Notes under the pieces: model-generated
Seen by the model: only the letters and a program-made list of their open reading frames with translations
Database searches by the model: none
What the model was told of the DNA's origin: nothing
Made by a program: the position numbers and the translations under genes
NCBI GenBank assembly: GCA_018902845.1
Contig: JAHIPV010000004.1
Location: forward strand, 1-62,375
Source of the DNA: Patescibacteria group bacterium
Lineage (GTDB): Bacteria > Patescibacteriota > Microgenomatia > UBA12405
Direction of reading: 5' to 3'
Length of the DNA stretch: 62,375 bases
Shown here: positions 8,815 to 19,117 of the stretch, piece after piece
Position numbering within the stretch: position 1 is the first letter of the stretch
Layout of the letters: every line of letters starts with the position of its first letter

Positions 8815-9939
8815 ATGAAATTTTCAGTTTTACAAGAAAATCTAAACACCGCCTTAACCCATGTTTCTCGCTTTGTTTCCGCCAAAACTCAGCTTCCTAT
8901 TTTAAAAAATATCCTTTTTGCCATTGACAATGGCCGTCTCAAGCTCTCTGCCACTGATCTTAAAATAGGTATCAATTATTGGATCGGTGCCAAAATTGAA
9001 AAAGAATCTTCCATTACAGTTCCAGCCAAAGAAATCACTGAATTTATTTCTTATCTTTCTCCAGGGAAACTAGACATATCAGTCAACGATAAATCTCTTT
9101 TAAGTGTCCATTCTCCCAATGCCCAATCTTCTTTTACTACTATGCCTTCGGACGATTTTCCTACTCAAAACACTTCCGAAAAAAAATACACTTTTGATCT
9201 GGATTATTCCCTTTTGTCAGAAACCGTTGCTCAAATTGCTTTCGCCGCCGCCACCGACGACAACAGGCCGGTTTTAACTGCCGTTTTATGGCAATTCACT
9301 CCGGATGCTTTCACCATGGTTGCCACTGACGGTTTCCGTCTTTCTATAAAAACCAGTAAATTAATCAATCCAATTAATTTGGACAAACAGCAATCTCCTG
9401 TCACCTTTTTGATTCCTTCAAAAGCATTGTCAGAGATCGTTAGGCTTTCTAAAAATGAAAAGAAAATCAATGTGGCTCTAACAAATGACGAAAGGCAAGT
9501 TGTCTTTGTTCTGGAAGATCTAGAGCTTCTTACTCGTCTTATAGAGGGGGACTATCCGGACTATCAAAAGATAATTCCAAAAGAATTCAACACCAAACTA
9601 ACCATCGATAAAGAAGACTTTTCTCAAGCTATCAAAATCGCTTCAGTTTTTGCTCGGGAATCAGCCAATATAGTTCGTTTTAAGGTTGACAAAAATTCAG
9701 TTGAACTTACTGCTAACGCACCCCAAGTTGGTCAAAACAAAAACACTCTGGAAGCAAAAGTAGAAGGTGAATCCATGGAAATTGCTTTTAACTACAAATT
9801 TATTTCCGATTTTTTAAGTATTTGCAAAGGAGATTTTGTTACTGTCAAACTAAACCAATCTCTTTCTCCTGGAATCTTTGAAGATCAAAACGATCCCAAC
9901 TTCACCCACGTCATCATGCCCGTTAGATTACAAGATTAA
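8815..9939 (+). CDS. dnaN: DNA polymerase III subunit beta (sliding clamp)
   Basis: 374 aa starting MKFSVLQENLNTAL... with ...DGFRLS... and a clamp-typical C-terminus MPVRL. Confidence 0.9.
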   Translation: MKFSVLQENLNTALTHVSRFVSAKTQLPILKNILFAIDNGRLKLSATDLKIGINYWIGAKIEKESSITVPAKEITEFISYLSPGKLDISVNDKSLLSVHSPNAQSSFTTMPSDDFPTQNTSEKKYTFDLDYSLLSETVAQIAFAAATDDNRPVLTAVLWQFTPDAFTMVATDGFRLSIKTSKLINPINLDKQQSPVTFLIPSKALSEIVRLSKNEKKINVALTNDERQVVFVLEDLELLTRLIEGDYPDYQKIIPKEFNTKLTIDKEDFSQAIKIASVFARESANIVRFKVDKNSVELTANAPQVGQNKNTLEAKVEGESMEIAFNYKFISDFLSICKGDFVTVKLNQSLSPGIFEDQNDPNFTHVIMPVRLQD

Positions 9940-9962
9940 AAATTTATTTATTAAAAAACAAA

Positions 9963-10469
9963 ATGCTACCAAAAAAAGAAAAACACACAAAAACATCAAC
10001 GGTCGAATTTAATCAAACGGCGAATTTATTATTACAGGGAGTATTAGACGCAGAAAGACAAGCTTTTTCTAAAATTATTAAACAAGACAATCCAATGGGT
10101 AATCCGCCTTTTCACCAAAACTTCGAAAGATTAGAACCAAACGGCCCTCTACTTTTACCTGAAGGTAAAATCGTTGTTGTTTCGTTAGGTGGCGCTCACC
10201 TACTTGCTCTCTGTGCCACCGATTCTGGGCGCGTCGACTGCATGATGCAAGATACTGGCCCTGACATTTCTATTTCACTTGCACCAGGTGATTCTATTGG
10301 CAGAAGCAGAGAATCCGGATGCAAAATTGTAATAAGTGATTCAAGGATCAGCAGACAGCACATTATTGTTCAACATGGCGAAAACGGATTTTTTTTACAA
10401 AATCTCGGCCCAACCAACGGAACTTGTGTTTGGGATTCGGAATCAAACATTCAAACAAAACCAGCCTAA
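9963..10469 (+). CDS. FHA domain-containing protein
   Basis: C-terminal half GRSRESGCKIVISDSRISRQHIIVQ...NLGPTNGTCV matches the FHA core (GR...D..VSR.HA...S.NGT). Confidence 0.7.
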   Translation: MLPKKEKHTKTSTVEFNQTANLLLQGVLDAERQAFSKIIKQDNPMGNPPFHQNFERLEPNGPLLLPEGKIVVVSLGGAHLLALCATDSGRVDCMMQDTGPDISISLAPGDSIGRSRESGCKIVISDSRISRQHIIVQHGENGFFLQNLGPTNGTCVWDSESNIQTKPA

Positions 10470-10525
10470 TTCCTAATTTTAAGTTTCTAATTAAATCTAT
10501 TTTTTTTATTTTACTTTTCCCTTTC

Positions 10526-10641
10526 GTCATTCTGATCCCGATCAATCGGAGGACGAAGCAATCCAGTCGGGATCAATCTTGCCTTTTACATATCCAACGA
10601 GATTGCCACGTCTTCGCCAACTGGTGAATCCTCGCAATGAC
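10526..10641. repeat. family A variant (10526-10580) followed by a family B copy (10584-10641)
   Basis: GTCATTCTGATCCCGATCAATCGGAGGACGAAGCAATC..., then TTTTACATATCCAACGAGATTGCCACG...CTCGCAATGAC. Confidence 0.8.
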
Positions 10642-10737
10642 AAAGTTTTTAATTTTTTAACCGTAATGCAACTATCATCCCCACAATCCCGCTCAAAATT
10701 AAAATTAATTTATTTCTTTTCCAAAATTCCTTCATTT

Positions 10738-11745
10738 TTATTCATCGGTTAAAAGATTAATTCCCAAAAACACATCAATCAATCCAGTACTAAGACTACT
10801 CTTTCCATTAACAAAAAAGTAAGGTATCAATTCTTCTTTTTCACTTAAATATAAATAACCAAAATAACCACTTTCAATTATCGTTCTTTCTATCACTTCT
10901 TCTTGAGAAGATAAGTCAAATTCGCTTGTTCCATCCACATCCAAAACTACAAATTCTTCAGCCTTGCTTAATTCAACTTCTTTCATTGTTTTAATCAAAG
11001 ACATCTCTTCTTTTTTAACAAATTTTGAGGGCAACTTTATTATTAATTTAATTAATTCCCCGTTTTTCGAATACCTTGCAGAAATCGGAGCTCCTTGGTT
11101 ATAAAATATTGGCTGTCCCTCCAAGCTATAAATTAGCTTAAATTCAACAATTTCAGCAGTTTTTTTATCTGATTCTACAAACCTAGGCCCTTTTGTCTTT
11201 TCATATTCAATTTTTATCACACTCAAACCCATTTCTTCTTGTGCCAAAAAACCATTTGATAACAAATCCACCAATTTTTGACTCATTTTATCAACATCTT
11301 CCCACTCTTTTTTACTATCAGTTAGCAGGGGAGATATCAACAGATTCTTACTATATTCGGCCTCCATTTTTTTATTATTAATATGAAAATCAACCGAATC
11401 TTTGTCATCATAAAATACCAATATATTCCCGTCATCTAGTTTGTTTATTTCCCCCTCTAATCCAAGTATCTTGGCTAAATTAATAGCATTTTCATCACTT
11501 ATTACCCTTTCTTTAACTGTATAACGAATAGTTTTTTCCGGCAAAATTATTTCTTCTTCTAGTCCCCAGGATATTTGATTAGGAGCGTTAAAACCACTGG
11601 CTGGTGTAATTGTTGCTACTGGAATTCTTGTTGGGCTGATTTTCACACTTTCCTTGTCACTTTCTTCTTTACTTCCCAGCCTTATAAGTACCAGCAAAAA
11701 TATAAAACCCACCAAAACCAGAATTATTATTGTTTTTTTCTTCAT
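10738..11745 (-). CDS. membrane-anchored hypothetical protein (T4SS-like cluster neighbour)
   Basis: 335-aa ORF with an N-terminal TM helix, 9 nt downstream of the M23 peptidase gene. Confidence 0.55.
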   Translation of the reverse strand: MKKKTIIILVLVGFIFLLVLIRLGSKEESDKESVKISPTRIPVATITPASGFNAPNQISWGLEEEIILPEKTIRYTVKERVISDENAINLAKILGLEGEINKLDDGNILVFYDDKDSVDFHINNKKMEAEYSKNLLISPLLTDSKKEWEDVDKMSQKLVDLLSNGFLAQEEMGLSVIKIEYEKTKGPRFVESDKKTAEIVEFKLIYSLEGQPIFYNQGAPISARYSKNGELIKLIIKLPSKFVKKEEMSLIKTMKEVELSKAEEFVVLDVDGTSEFDLSSQEEVIERTIIESGYFGYLYLSEKEELIPYFFVNGKSSLSTGLIDVFLGINLLTDE

Positions 11746-11754
11746 ATTTTTATT

Positions 11755-14733
11755 TTATGGCACGCTAACGTTGCAATCACTAACTCCAACACACCCTCGT
11801 GGGATTTGGAAACCTTTTGGTGCAGGCAAAAATTGTCGGATATCCCTAAGTGCGCTATTAACTATTTCATAATGGATATGATTGCCCGTTGAATTTCCTG
11901 TATTGTTTACATAGCCAATCACTTGTCCTCTGCTTACCTCAGTACCACAAACCCCGGAAGCATACCCAGCTAAATGTCCGTATCTGCTTATAAAACCTAT
12001 GCCTCCGCAAGACCCATGCAAATCAATAAAAAAACCATAACCATGCCCATTTCTACAGCTTACTCCTCCGTTATGGGTAGCTACTACCGGCTGGCCATAG
12101 CCAAGAGCTATATCAATCGACTCAGTTAGCGAACCATAATGACTATAACTTGTTGCTGGTCCTTGTGAAACCGAACCGCTATTAACTGGCCATATATTTG
12201 GGCATTCTTCTGGAACTTCTCCCTCAAAAAGTATCTCTCCTTCTCCGGCTTCACCAAAATAGCCTCCCTCTTCCGTATCACCACCACCCATACTAGGCAC
12301 AAAAAAAGAAGCCTTATTGGCATTACCAACTCCCAAGATGAAAAAAAGAATAATCACACCAACCACCACCGGCGCTATACCTATAGCTATCGGTGCCGCC
12401 AGTATTCCTCCTATTGCCGAAGCTATTCCTATCCCGCCAGATATAATTTTCCCGGGTAATCCGCCAATTCCCAAAGTATCTTCTACAAATCTCTTGATAC
12501 TTGGTAATCTTATATTTAGTTTTTCCTCCAAAAAATTACTCACCTTGCCGGCAATTTTCTTGACCTTTTTAAATAAGCTAGCTACTTTGCCTACCGCCAT
12601 CAACACCACAGCCACTATCGGTGCCGCCGGCCCCGAAGCTATCGTCGCCAACAATCCTCCTCCGGCCGCCGCCCCCGTTGCCGCCGCTCCGGTTACTGCT
12701 GTTCCAGTCGCCGCTGCTCCTCCGCTGGCCGCTACTTTTCCTGCTCCACTAGCTAATTGTGTGATTGCTTTTGTAAATGCATTTCTAAAACCCTCTTTTG
12801 CCGCCATAGCCATAAAATTACCCGCCGCTTCTCCAGCTCCTTGTATTCCTATCTTTGTTCCTATGTTTTCAGCCAGTTGAACTACTTTCCCCTGAACCCC
12901 AAATTTTTCAGCTACTTTCCAGGCTAAATTCCTAGTATTAAATCTTTCAAAAAAAGCCACCTTCTCCTGAACCATTCCCAAAAATTTCCCAAACTGGCTA
13001 TCGGTTCCAGCTAATTCCACTATTTGGTCAACTTTTCCAAAAATTCCCTCTACCGGCATCTTAACTTTATACAAAACTCCGGGATCTTCAGCTGTTCCTA
13101 TTAATCTTTCTCTTAAACTAACTATTCCTCTGAATTCTTCCTCGTTTATTCTGCACACCCTTGTAAAAACATCGGCTTCTTCCATCCGCAAAGGACTGGC
13201 TTCTACATTTAATTCGGGATTTTCAGTATTAAGTCTTTGAATTTCTAACCCTGCATTGTTTTTATCAACAGGACTAAGCTCTTCTTGAGCATAAACCATC
13301 CTCATTGTCGTTTTTGCATATTGGCTAAAAGTTGCCACTTCCTCCACACTTAAACCCTCATCACTATTAATTTCAATAAATTCTGTTACGGCCTTTTCCG
13401 CAACTTTCTCTGCTTTATACAAGCCAAAAACTTCTCTATTAGTTCTCTTGTTAGCCGTCGCCTCCACTATCACATCAAGTTCTTTCACGCTAGTTACCAA
13501 AGCATCAAATTGCTCATCGGGTTCAATTTTTCTAACCAAATCTTGAAACAAGCCAACCTTTGTCATCCCCAAACCACCAGTTTCGTCAACGGCTGTTTCC
13601 AGCCTCGTTTCTACTAAACTTCCAACCTCTCCTGCCCAAACTTCTTTGATTCTTGACTTAACAACTTCGACCGTTCTTTCTTCCCTTACCGCTCTACTAT
13701 CTGTTTTTACTACCGTTTTTATTTCATCAACCCCAACACTTACAACCTGGTCTTTATCTGCCAATACACCATTTTCTTTTAACTCTTTTACAAAAACTCT
13801 TGCCAGCCTATCCGCTTTAACTTCAATTTCCGCTTTTACAACCGCTATTTCTGCCATTTCCCCTAATCTGACTATTACTCCATCGGTAGTTTGACTCCCT
13901 ATATCTCTTAAAACACCTGATTTTTCAACTTGACTTTTTATTTCTTCTATTGTTTTTCCCAGACTATCTCCTCCGCCTTTCTTTTCTTTTTCTCTTCTTT
14001 CTAACATTTTTTCTACAGTTGCCTCTGTTGTTTTAGCCACTACCTCTTTTGCCTTTTCTTCGGATAATCCGACATTCTCAAGAATTCCAATTTCCACTAC
14101 TTCTTCTCTAGCCAAAATATTTATTATTAATTCTTTTTCTGTCGCACTTATACCAGCCCTTTCAGTCAATTTACTTTCCTGCAAGGCTCTTGCTGTACTC
14201 TCGTGAGCTTCTTTATATCTTTGGATCCATTCAGTTACCTGCGATCTTTCAATGTTATATTTCCTCACCAACTGATCTATAGCACTACCCTCATCAGTTT
14301 TGCTTTTCAAATACGCTTCATATTCTGCCAACAATTTTTCCAATTCTTGTTTATCCAACGCCCTCGTCCCCATTTTCTTTTCCGCTACTTCTACAATTTC
14401 TTCTGCCTCAATTTCCAATTCTGATTTTATTTTTTCCCATAATTCTTCTGTTGCATCCGCTATTGCAGTCTCGGCCGGAAATACTCCCAGCTCACTAACA
14501 ATACTTTCAATATTGTCGGGGACATTTTTTCCCATTTGTCCAAAAATTGCATTAATTGCACCAACCAGATTCCTATCAGCCTCAGATAAATTTTTTATAC
14601 CCTCCAAGCCTTTCAACACTTGCCCCACCGTCGCATATCCTACTTGCCAGTCAAGGGTGTTTTTTACTTTAGTATCAACCTCAGTTCCTTCAAACAAATC
14701 ACTTCTTCTACTGTTTTGACCATCTTTTGCCAT
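11755..14733 (-). CDS. large membrane protein with C-terminal M23 (LytM-type) peptidase domain; candidate T4SS cell-wall hydrolase/channel component
   Basis: 992 aa: acidic coiled N-terminal two-thirds, Gly/Ala-rich TM segments, then C-terminal HGYGFFIDLH...GNSTGNHIHYEI (HxxxD/HxH M23 motifs). Confidence 0.8.
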   Translation of the reverse strand: MAKDGQNSRRSDLFEGTEVDTKVKNTLDWQVGYATVGQVLKGLEGIKNLSEADRNLVGAINAIFGQMGKNVPDNIESIVSELGVFPAETAIADATEELWEKIKSELEIEAEEIVEVAEKKMGTRALDKQELEKLLAEYEAYLKSKTDEGSAIDQLVRKYNIERSQVTEWIQRYKEAHESTARALQESKLTERAGISATEKELIINILAREEVVEIGILENVGLSEEKAKEVVAKTTEATVEKMLERREKEKKGGGDSLGKTIEEIKSQVEKSGVLRDIGSQTTDGVIVRLGEMAEIAVVKAEIEVKADRLARVFVKELKENGVLADKDQVVSVGVDEIKTVVKTDSRAVREERTVEVVKSRIKEVWAGEVGSLVETRLETAVDETGGLGMTKVGLFQDLVRKIEPDEQFDALVTSVKELDVIVEATANKRTNREVFGLYKAEKVAEKAVTEFIEINSDEGLSVEEVATFSQYAKTTMRMVYAQEELSPVDKNNAGLEIQRLNTENPELNVEASPLRMEEADVFTRVCRINEEEFRGIVSLRERLIGTAEDPGVLYKVKMPVEGIFGKVDQIVELAGTDSQFGKFLGMVQEKVAFFERFNTRNLAWKVAEKFGVQGKVVQLAENIGTKIGIQGAGEAAGNFMAMAAKEGFRNAFTKAITQLASGAGKVAASGGAAATGTAVTGAAATGAAAGGGLLATIASGPAAPIVAVVLMAVGKVASLFKKVKKIAGKVSNFLEEKLNIRLPSIKRFVEDTLGIGGLPGKIISGGIGIASAIGGILAAPIAIGIAPVVVGVIILFFILGVGNANKASFFVPSMGGGDTEEGGYFGEAGEGEILFEGEVPEECPNIWPVNSGSVSQGPATSYSHYGSLTESIDIALGYGQPVVATHNGGVSCRNGHGYGFFIDLHGSCGGIGFISRYGHLAGYASGVCGTEVSRGQVIGYVNNTGNSTGNHIHYEIVNSALRDIRQFLPAPKGFQIPRGCVGVSDCNVSVP

Positions 14734-14771
14734 TACTAAAAATTATAGCTTATTTTTACCTTATTCTAATT

Positions 14772-15404
14772 TCATCTTAAATACTTTCTAACCTCTTCAC
14801 TCAAAAATTTCTTTATTTCATCATTACTTATTTTTGCATCTATCCACTCTACGGCCATGTCTTCGATATCATCAAAATAAACCAATTGTTCTAAAAACAA
14901 CTTTTCCGAAAAAACACCGCCAAATCTTTTTTCAGTCTCTTTAATCAAGCCTTTCAAGTCTATCTTCTCCTTTTTTAAACACCAAAAAATATCTGCATAG
15001 TCCCTCCATGCGCCTCTTCTGCCAACAGCATAAGCCTTATTTGACAATAAATCTCTAACATCAAACAATTCAATCGACCCGCTTTTTATTTTTTCATATC
15101 TCGCTTCAAAGGGAAAATAAACAAAACTTATTTTAATTTCCTCTTTGTATAAAACTGTTAACTCATTGCTCGAATCAATCACAATTTTAATGTTTTCTTT
15201 TCCAAAAATTTCTTTTACTCTCAACAAAAACCTTTTGCCAACACTTTTTTCACAAAAAATATCAAAATCATACGAAATCCTGTGTTTTAATTGCAAAGCC
15301 AAACCGGTACCTCCTGCTAACGCTCCAATATCCCTTAAAATAGCCAGTTTTTTCCATACTGCCAATCTTTCTTTATCAAATATTTCAGTATAAAGTTTTG
15401 ACAT
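14772..15404 (-). CDS. nucleotidyltransferase, AbiEii/AbiGii toxin family (type IV TA)
   Basis: LAGGTGLALQLKHRISYDFDIF motif typical of AbiEii-like NTases. Start moved to the internal ATG (MSKLYTEIF) at 15404. Confidence 0.6.
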   Translation of the reverse strand: MSKLYTEIFDKERLAVWKKLAILRDIGALAGGTGLALQLKHRISYDFDIFCEKSVGKRFLLRVKEIFGKENIKIVIDSSNELTVLYKEEIKISFVYFPFEARYEKIKSGSIELFDVRDLLSNKAYAVGRRGAWRDYADIFWCLKKEKIDLKGLIKETEKRFGGVFSEKLFLEQLVYFDDIEDMAVEWIDAKISNDEIKKFLSEEVRKYLR

Positions 15405-15651
15405 ATTTACCAGAATCCAGGTTTTCCTCAATTCTTAAAACATAATTCTTAATAAAATTAAACGCTTCTTTAGTATAAATTTTAGTTGGTTTATTCATAA
15501 ATATATTTCTAATTTCTTCAACACCTGTTTTCTTTATCAACTCTTTTACATCATCAAGATCTCCATACATCAACACCTGATTAATTTTATACACTTCATC
15601 ATTTTTACCTAGTTTACCCTTACTTTTCGACCAAACCACTCCCTGTTTCAT
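15385..15651 (-). CDS. hypothetical 88-aa protein, possible partner of the AbiEii-like gene
   Basis: ORF overlaps the start of the downstream NTase gene by 20 nt. No domain recognised. Confidence 0.45.
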   Translation of the reverse strand: MKQGVVWSKSKGKLGKNDEVYKINQVLMYGDLDDVKELIKKTGVEEIRNIFMNKPTKIYTKEAFNFIKNYVLRIEENLDSGKYVKTLY

Positions 15652-15658
15652 GTCTAAA

Positions 15659-16054
15659 TTATACTACAAATCTTACCTTTTTCCCTAATTTGTCAAAATC
15701 TTCATCAAAAGATAACACTTTTGTTTTTTCACTTTTACTTTTTAAATAAATTTCAGCATCCACCCAATCCAAAAAAGTTTTCTTTTTAATTAAATTCAAA
15801 ATATCCAAACATTCATCCAATTTTTCAACTTCAAACAAATCTGAACTTAAAAGATTTATCAATTCATCAACGGCTTTTTTTATACTCAAACCCATTCTTT
15901 TACTAGTCAAAACCCAAAAGCTCTCCATAACTACCGTAAATCTAATATCAAAAATCTCATCCTCGTTTTCTATAAAATAATTTTTCAACAATTCTGTCTT
16001 GCCTGTACTATCATCAACCAGAATATGAATTAATATATTCGTATCTACATACAT
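15659..16054 (-). CDS. vapC: PIN-domain toxin VapC
   Basis: MYVDTNILIHIL... N-terminal acidic PIN motif and C-terminal SFDEDFDKL. Overlaps the upstream antitoxin gene by 10 nt. Confidence 0.8.
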   Translation of the reverse strand: MYVDTNILIHILVDDSTGKTELLKNYFIENEDEIFDIRFTVVMESFWVLTSKRMGLSIKKAVDELINLLSSDLFEVEKLDECLDILNLIKKKTFLDWVDAEIYLKSKSEKTKVLSFDEDFDKLGKKVRFVV

Positions 16055-16305
16055 ATTTTTTCTGCTCTTTCTTCTCTTGTTTCTTGAATTGCCAATTCAA
16101 CATCTAAGGCCTTTTTTAACTTAATTTGTCCAAAAACTTTTTCTATTTTTCTCTTTCTATTAATCAGTCTGATTAAATTATTTCTTTCATCCACTATTTC
16201 AAATACCATCTTTTCTCCGGGAACTAAGCCCAACAAATCCACAAAATCTTTTGGGAAAGTAGCCTGTCTTTTACTGGTCAAACTCATTACATAATCCATA
16301 TCCAT
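16045..16305 (-). CDS. vapB: AbrB/MazE/SpoVT-family antitoxin VapB
   Basis: TSKRQATFPKDFVDLLGL (SpoVT-AbrB looped-hinge motif), immediately upstream of the PIN gene. Confidence 0.8.
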   Translation of the reverse strand: MDMDYVMSLTSKRQATFPKDFVDLLGLVPGEKMVFEIVDERNNLIRLINRKRKIEKVFGQIKLKKALDVELAIQETREERAEKICM

Positions 16306-16352
16306 TACTATACCACACCTACATTACCAATTCCACCGGTAGTCTAATTATC

Positions 16353-17483
16353 TTACACCACAAACTTCAAAAAATTCTCTCTATTTATAACCTTAAACTC
16401 CGCATTTTTATATGTCTCCTTCCACAATTTTGGAGCCTTAATTTTTTTATCTCCCCACTTAAACTCAAACCCAAACAATTTTCCACCTCTTTCTTCCACC
16501 AGATCAATTTCTTTTTTATCCCAAGTTCTCCAAAAATAATTATTACAATATATTTTTTTATATGACTGTTTTTTCATTCTTTCAATAAAAAGAAAATTCT
16601 CCCACAATTTCCCAATATCATCTCTTGTTTTAAGATCATTAAAATTGTTAATCAGCGCATTTCGAACCCCGTTGTCGTAAAAATAAAATCTGGAATTTTT
16701 ATAAATTTCTTTCCTTAAATTCCTTGAAAATCCATAAACTCTCTTAATTACAAAAACTTTTTCCAATAAATCCAAATATTTCTCAACCGTTCTTTGATTA
16801 ATTGACAAATTATTAGCCAACTCATTAAGAGATACTTCATTTCCAATTTGAAAAGCAATCAACTTAAGCAATTCCAGTATTTTATTTGCTTTTCTGATCT
16901 CGTCAAATTCCAACAAATCACGATATAAATAATTATCAACCAAAGAATTTAGTATTTCTCCTTTTTTAGTAATATTTTTTTCTACAATTACATCAGGATA
17001 TGTACCGTATATCAGTCTACTTCCTAACTTTTCTCTTGACTCAAAAACTTCTTCAATTCCACTGAGTTCAAGCTGGGCAATAGGGAACAAGGTAAACTGC
17101 CATTTTCTGCCTACCAACGGTTCTCCAACTTGATTAGCCAATTCAAAAGAAGATGACCCGGTTGCAATTACCTTAATATTTTCAATATGATCCACAATTA
17201 ATTTCAAATTAAGTCCTATTTTGTTAACCTTTTGCGCTTCATCGATAACTACCAGTTTGTTGTTACCAATATTTTCCTTCAAGATATTTATCGATTGACT
17301 GCTAAGCCAATTTTTAACTTCTCTGTCTTCTCCGGACAATAATAAATATTTTTCTTTAATATCCTTTAAAATTTCATTCAATAAGGTTGTTTTTCCTGCT
17401 CTTCTTGGACCATAAATTACCACCACCTTATTAGGTTCAATTCTCTTTATAATTTGTTTTTTGATAAATCTTGGAATCAACAT
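16353..17483 (-). CDS. AAA-family ATPase (AAA_14/DUF4143-type), paralog of 3452..4639
   Basis: Walker A GPRRAGKTT, Walker B VVIDEAQ. Start moved to MLIPRFIKK (ATG at 17483). Confidence 0.75.
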   Translation of the reverse strand: MLIPRFIKKQIIKRIEPNKVVVIYGPRRAGKTTLLNEILKDIKEKYLLLSGEDREVKNWLSSQSINILKENIGNNKLVVIDEAQKVNKIGLNLKLIVDHIENIKVIATGSSSFELANQVGEPLVGRKWQFTLFPIAQLELSGIEEVFESREKLGSRLIYGTYPDVIVEKNITKKGEILNSLVDNYLYRDLLEFDEIRKANKILELLKLIAFQIGNEVSLNELANNLSINQRTVEKYLDLLEKVFVIKRVYGFSRNLRKEIYKNSRFYFYDNGVRNALINNFNDLKTRDDIGKLWENFLFIERMKKQSYKKIYCNNYFWRTWDKKEIDLVEERGGKLFGFEFKWGDKKIKAPKLWKETYKNAEFKVINRENFLKFVV

Positions 17484-17677
17484 AATACAAATATTTATAT
17501 CATTTCTTGTACTACAATGCAAGTACTAATCAAATTACGTGTATTGTTGATCTAAACCTAGACTTTTTTTAGTTCACATTACAAACCAAAAAACCCAATT
17601 TCCGTCACTTAATCAGCACAAATCACACTAAATTAATTTGCTGGCATGTTAACAAACGAAGATCAAGAAAGAGAATA

Positions 17678-18100
17678 TTAATCAAAATTTTTCTCAAACT
17701 CCTTTACATCCACCATCTTAACTCCACCCACTTTTTTTAACACCAGCAAATCCTTATCCCCACTAACCAAAAAATCAGCTTCGCCGACCAAAGCATATGC
17801 CAGCAAATAATCATCTTTTGGACCTCTGGTTACAGCGGGTATTTCTTCTTTAATCGTAGGAATTATTTCTCCGATTTCTAGTAAAATCCTTACAAACCCT
17901 TCCGGTTCTTCTTTTTTTATCTTATTTTTTAAATATTTTTTACTTAAAACTTTATTTGTAAATTCGTTTATCAATTCTTCAGGCAATAAAATTACATATT
18001 TTCCCAAAATACCCTTATCAGCGATTTTACTAATTCGCGATTTTCCGCTAAAATCCAGCAAATAACTTATCAAAATATTTGTATCAAGAAGCACCCTCAT
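17678..18100 (-). CDS. PIN-domain toxin
   Basis: MRVLLDTNILISYLL... and ...LVSGDKDLL, a PIN family signature. Confidence 0.8.
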   Translation of the reverse strand: MRVLLDTNILISYLLDFSGKSRISKIADKGILGKYVILLPEELINEFTNKVLSKKYLKNKIKKEEPEGFVRILLEIGEIIPTIKEEIPAVTRGPKDDYLLAYALVGEADFLVSGDKDLLVLKKVGGVKMVDVKEFEKNFD

Positions 18101-18416
18101 ATTTTACTTTTCCTTCTTTAATCAAATCCACCACTATTTCCGAAGAAAATCTATCAGCCAATTTTTTAATATCTTTTCTTTTCAAGCCAACATTTCTTTT
18201 TTTAATTCTCTTTTTCAAACTTCTCATTTGATCTAATAGCATTTCTCTTTTATATTTCTCTCTCAACTCAACTATTTTTTTATATTTTGTATAAGAAAGC
18301 AAAACCATTTTGGGCTCACCATAACTTTCTACCACCACATCCATCTTGTTTGTCCAATTCATTACAGCGCCAAACCTAGTTTTTGCATCACTGGCTGATA
18401 TATTTTTAACCAACAT
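18084..18416 (-). CDS. Phd/YefM-type antitoxin
   Basis: ISASDAKTRFGAVMNW...VVVESYGEPKMVLLSY resembles the Phd/YefM N-terminus. Overlaps the PIN gene start by 17 nt. Start chosen at ATG 18416. Confidence 0.6.
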   Translation of the reverse strand: MLVKNISASDAKTRFGAVMNWTNKMDVVVESYGEPKMVLLSYTKYKKIVELREKYKREMLLDQMRSLKKRIKKRNVGLKRKDIKKLADRFSSEIVVDLIKEGKVKYEGAS

Positions 18417-18540
18417 ATTAACCATTATATCAACCAACATTTCGCTTGTCAACAATACCAACAAATCTTTATTTTTTATACTCTTGACAATAACTTACAA
18501 GGTATATACAATTTAAATATTATCAAACCTATATTTATTC

Positions 18541-18834
18541 ATGTTTTTACCTGATCCTATTGAGTTTCAATGGGACAAAGGCAATAAAGACAAAAACCTA
18601 TTAAAACACGATGTTTCTTTAGAAGAAATTGAACAATCTTTTTTTGATTCACACAAAAAACAGTTTGAAGACAAACTTCATTCTAAAAATGAAAATCGTT
18701 ATATATTAATTGGAAAAACAAGAAAAAATAGAATACTTTTTATCATTTACACAATAAGAAAAAACAAAATCAGAGTCATTTCTGCTCGTGATTTAAACAA
18801 AAGGAGATATTACTTATATGAAAAAACAACTTAA
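18541..18834 (+). CDS. brnT: BrnT-family toxin (DUF497)
   Basis: FQWDKGNKDKNLLKHDVSLEE...IRVISARDLNKR, the typical BrnT pattern. Confidence 0.8.
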   Translation: MFLPDPIEFQWDKGNKDKNLLKHDVSLEEIEQSFFDSHKKQFEDKLHSKNENRYILIGKTRKNRILFIIYTIRKNKIRVISARDLNKRRYYLYEKTT

Positions 18835-19087
18835 ATTACCAAATTTCAAAAACGAAGACCAAGAAAGGGAATACTGGTCAAAATTTGATCCGGGTGAATA
18901 TTTTGAGGCCAAAGATTTTAAAGAAGTTCATTTTCCCAATCTAAAACCAACCACTCAACAAATTTCTATCAGATTTCCATTGCATTGGATTTATGCCATA
19001 AAAGAAAAAGCCAATAAAATAGGCATACCTTATCAAGCTTTGATCAAAAAATTTGTCAGCAGTGGTTTACAGATCTCAAATTCCTAA
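18818..19087 (+). CDS. brnA: BrnA-family antitoxin
   Basis: Overlaps brnT by 17 nt. LPNFKNEDQEREYWSKFD... with a C-terminal RHH-like segment. Paralog at 52590..52880. Confidence 0.75.
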   Translation: MKKQLKLPNFKNEDQEREYWSKFDPGEYFEAKDFKEVHFPNLKPTTQQISIRFPLHWIYAIKEKANKIGIPYQALIKKFVSSGLQISNS

Positions 19088-19117
19088 GTCTTTCTCAAGC
19101 TTTACCAAAATTCTTAT

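Noticed and set aside
12317-12880. 187-aa Ala/Pro/Ile-rich ORF, plus those at 13646-13894 and 14203-14719, opposite the M23 giant gene.
   Set aside because: They are the mirror image of the Gly/Ala-rich TM region and acidic coiled region of the 992-aa protein, so they are compositional artefacts.
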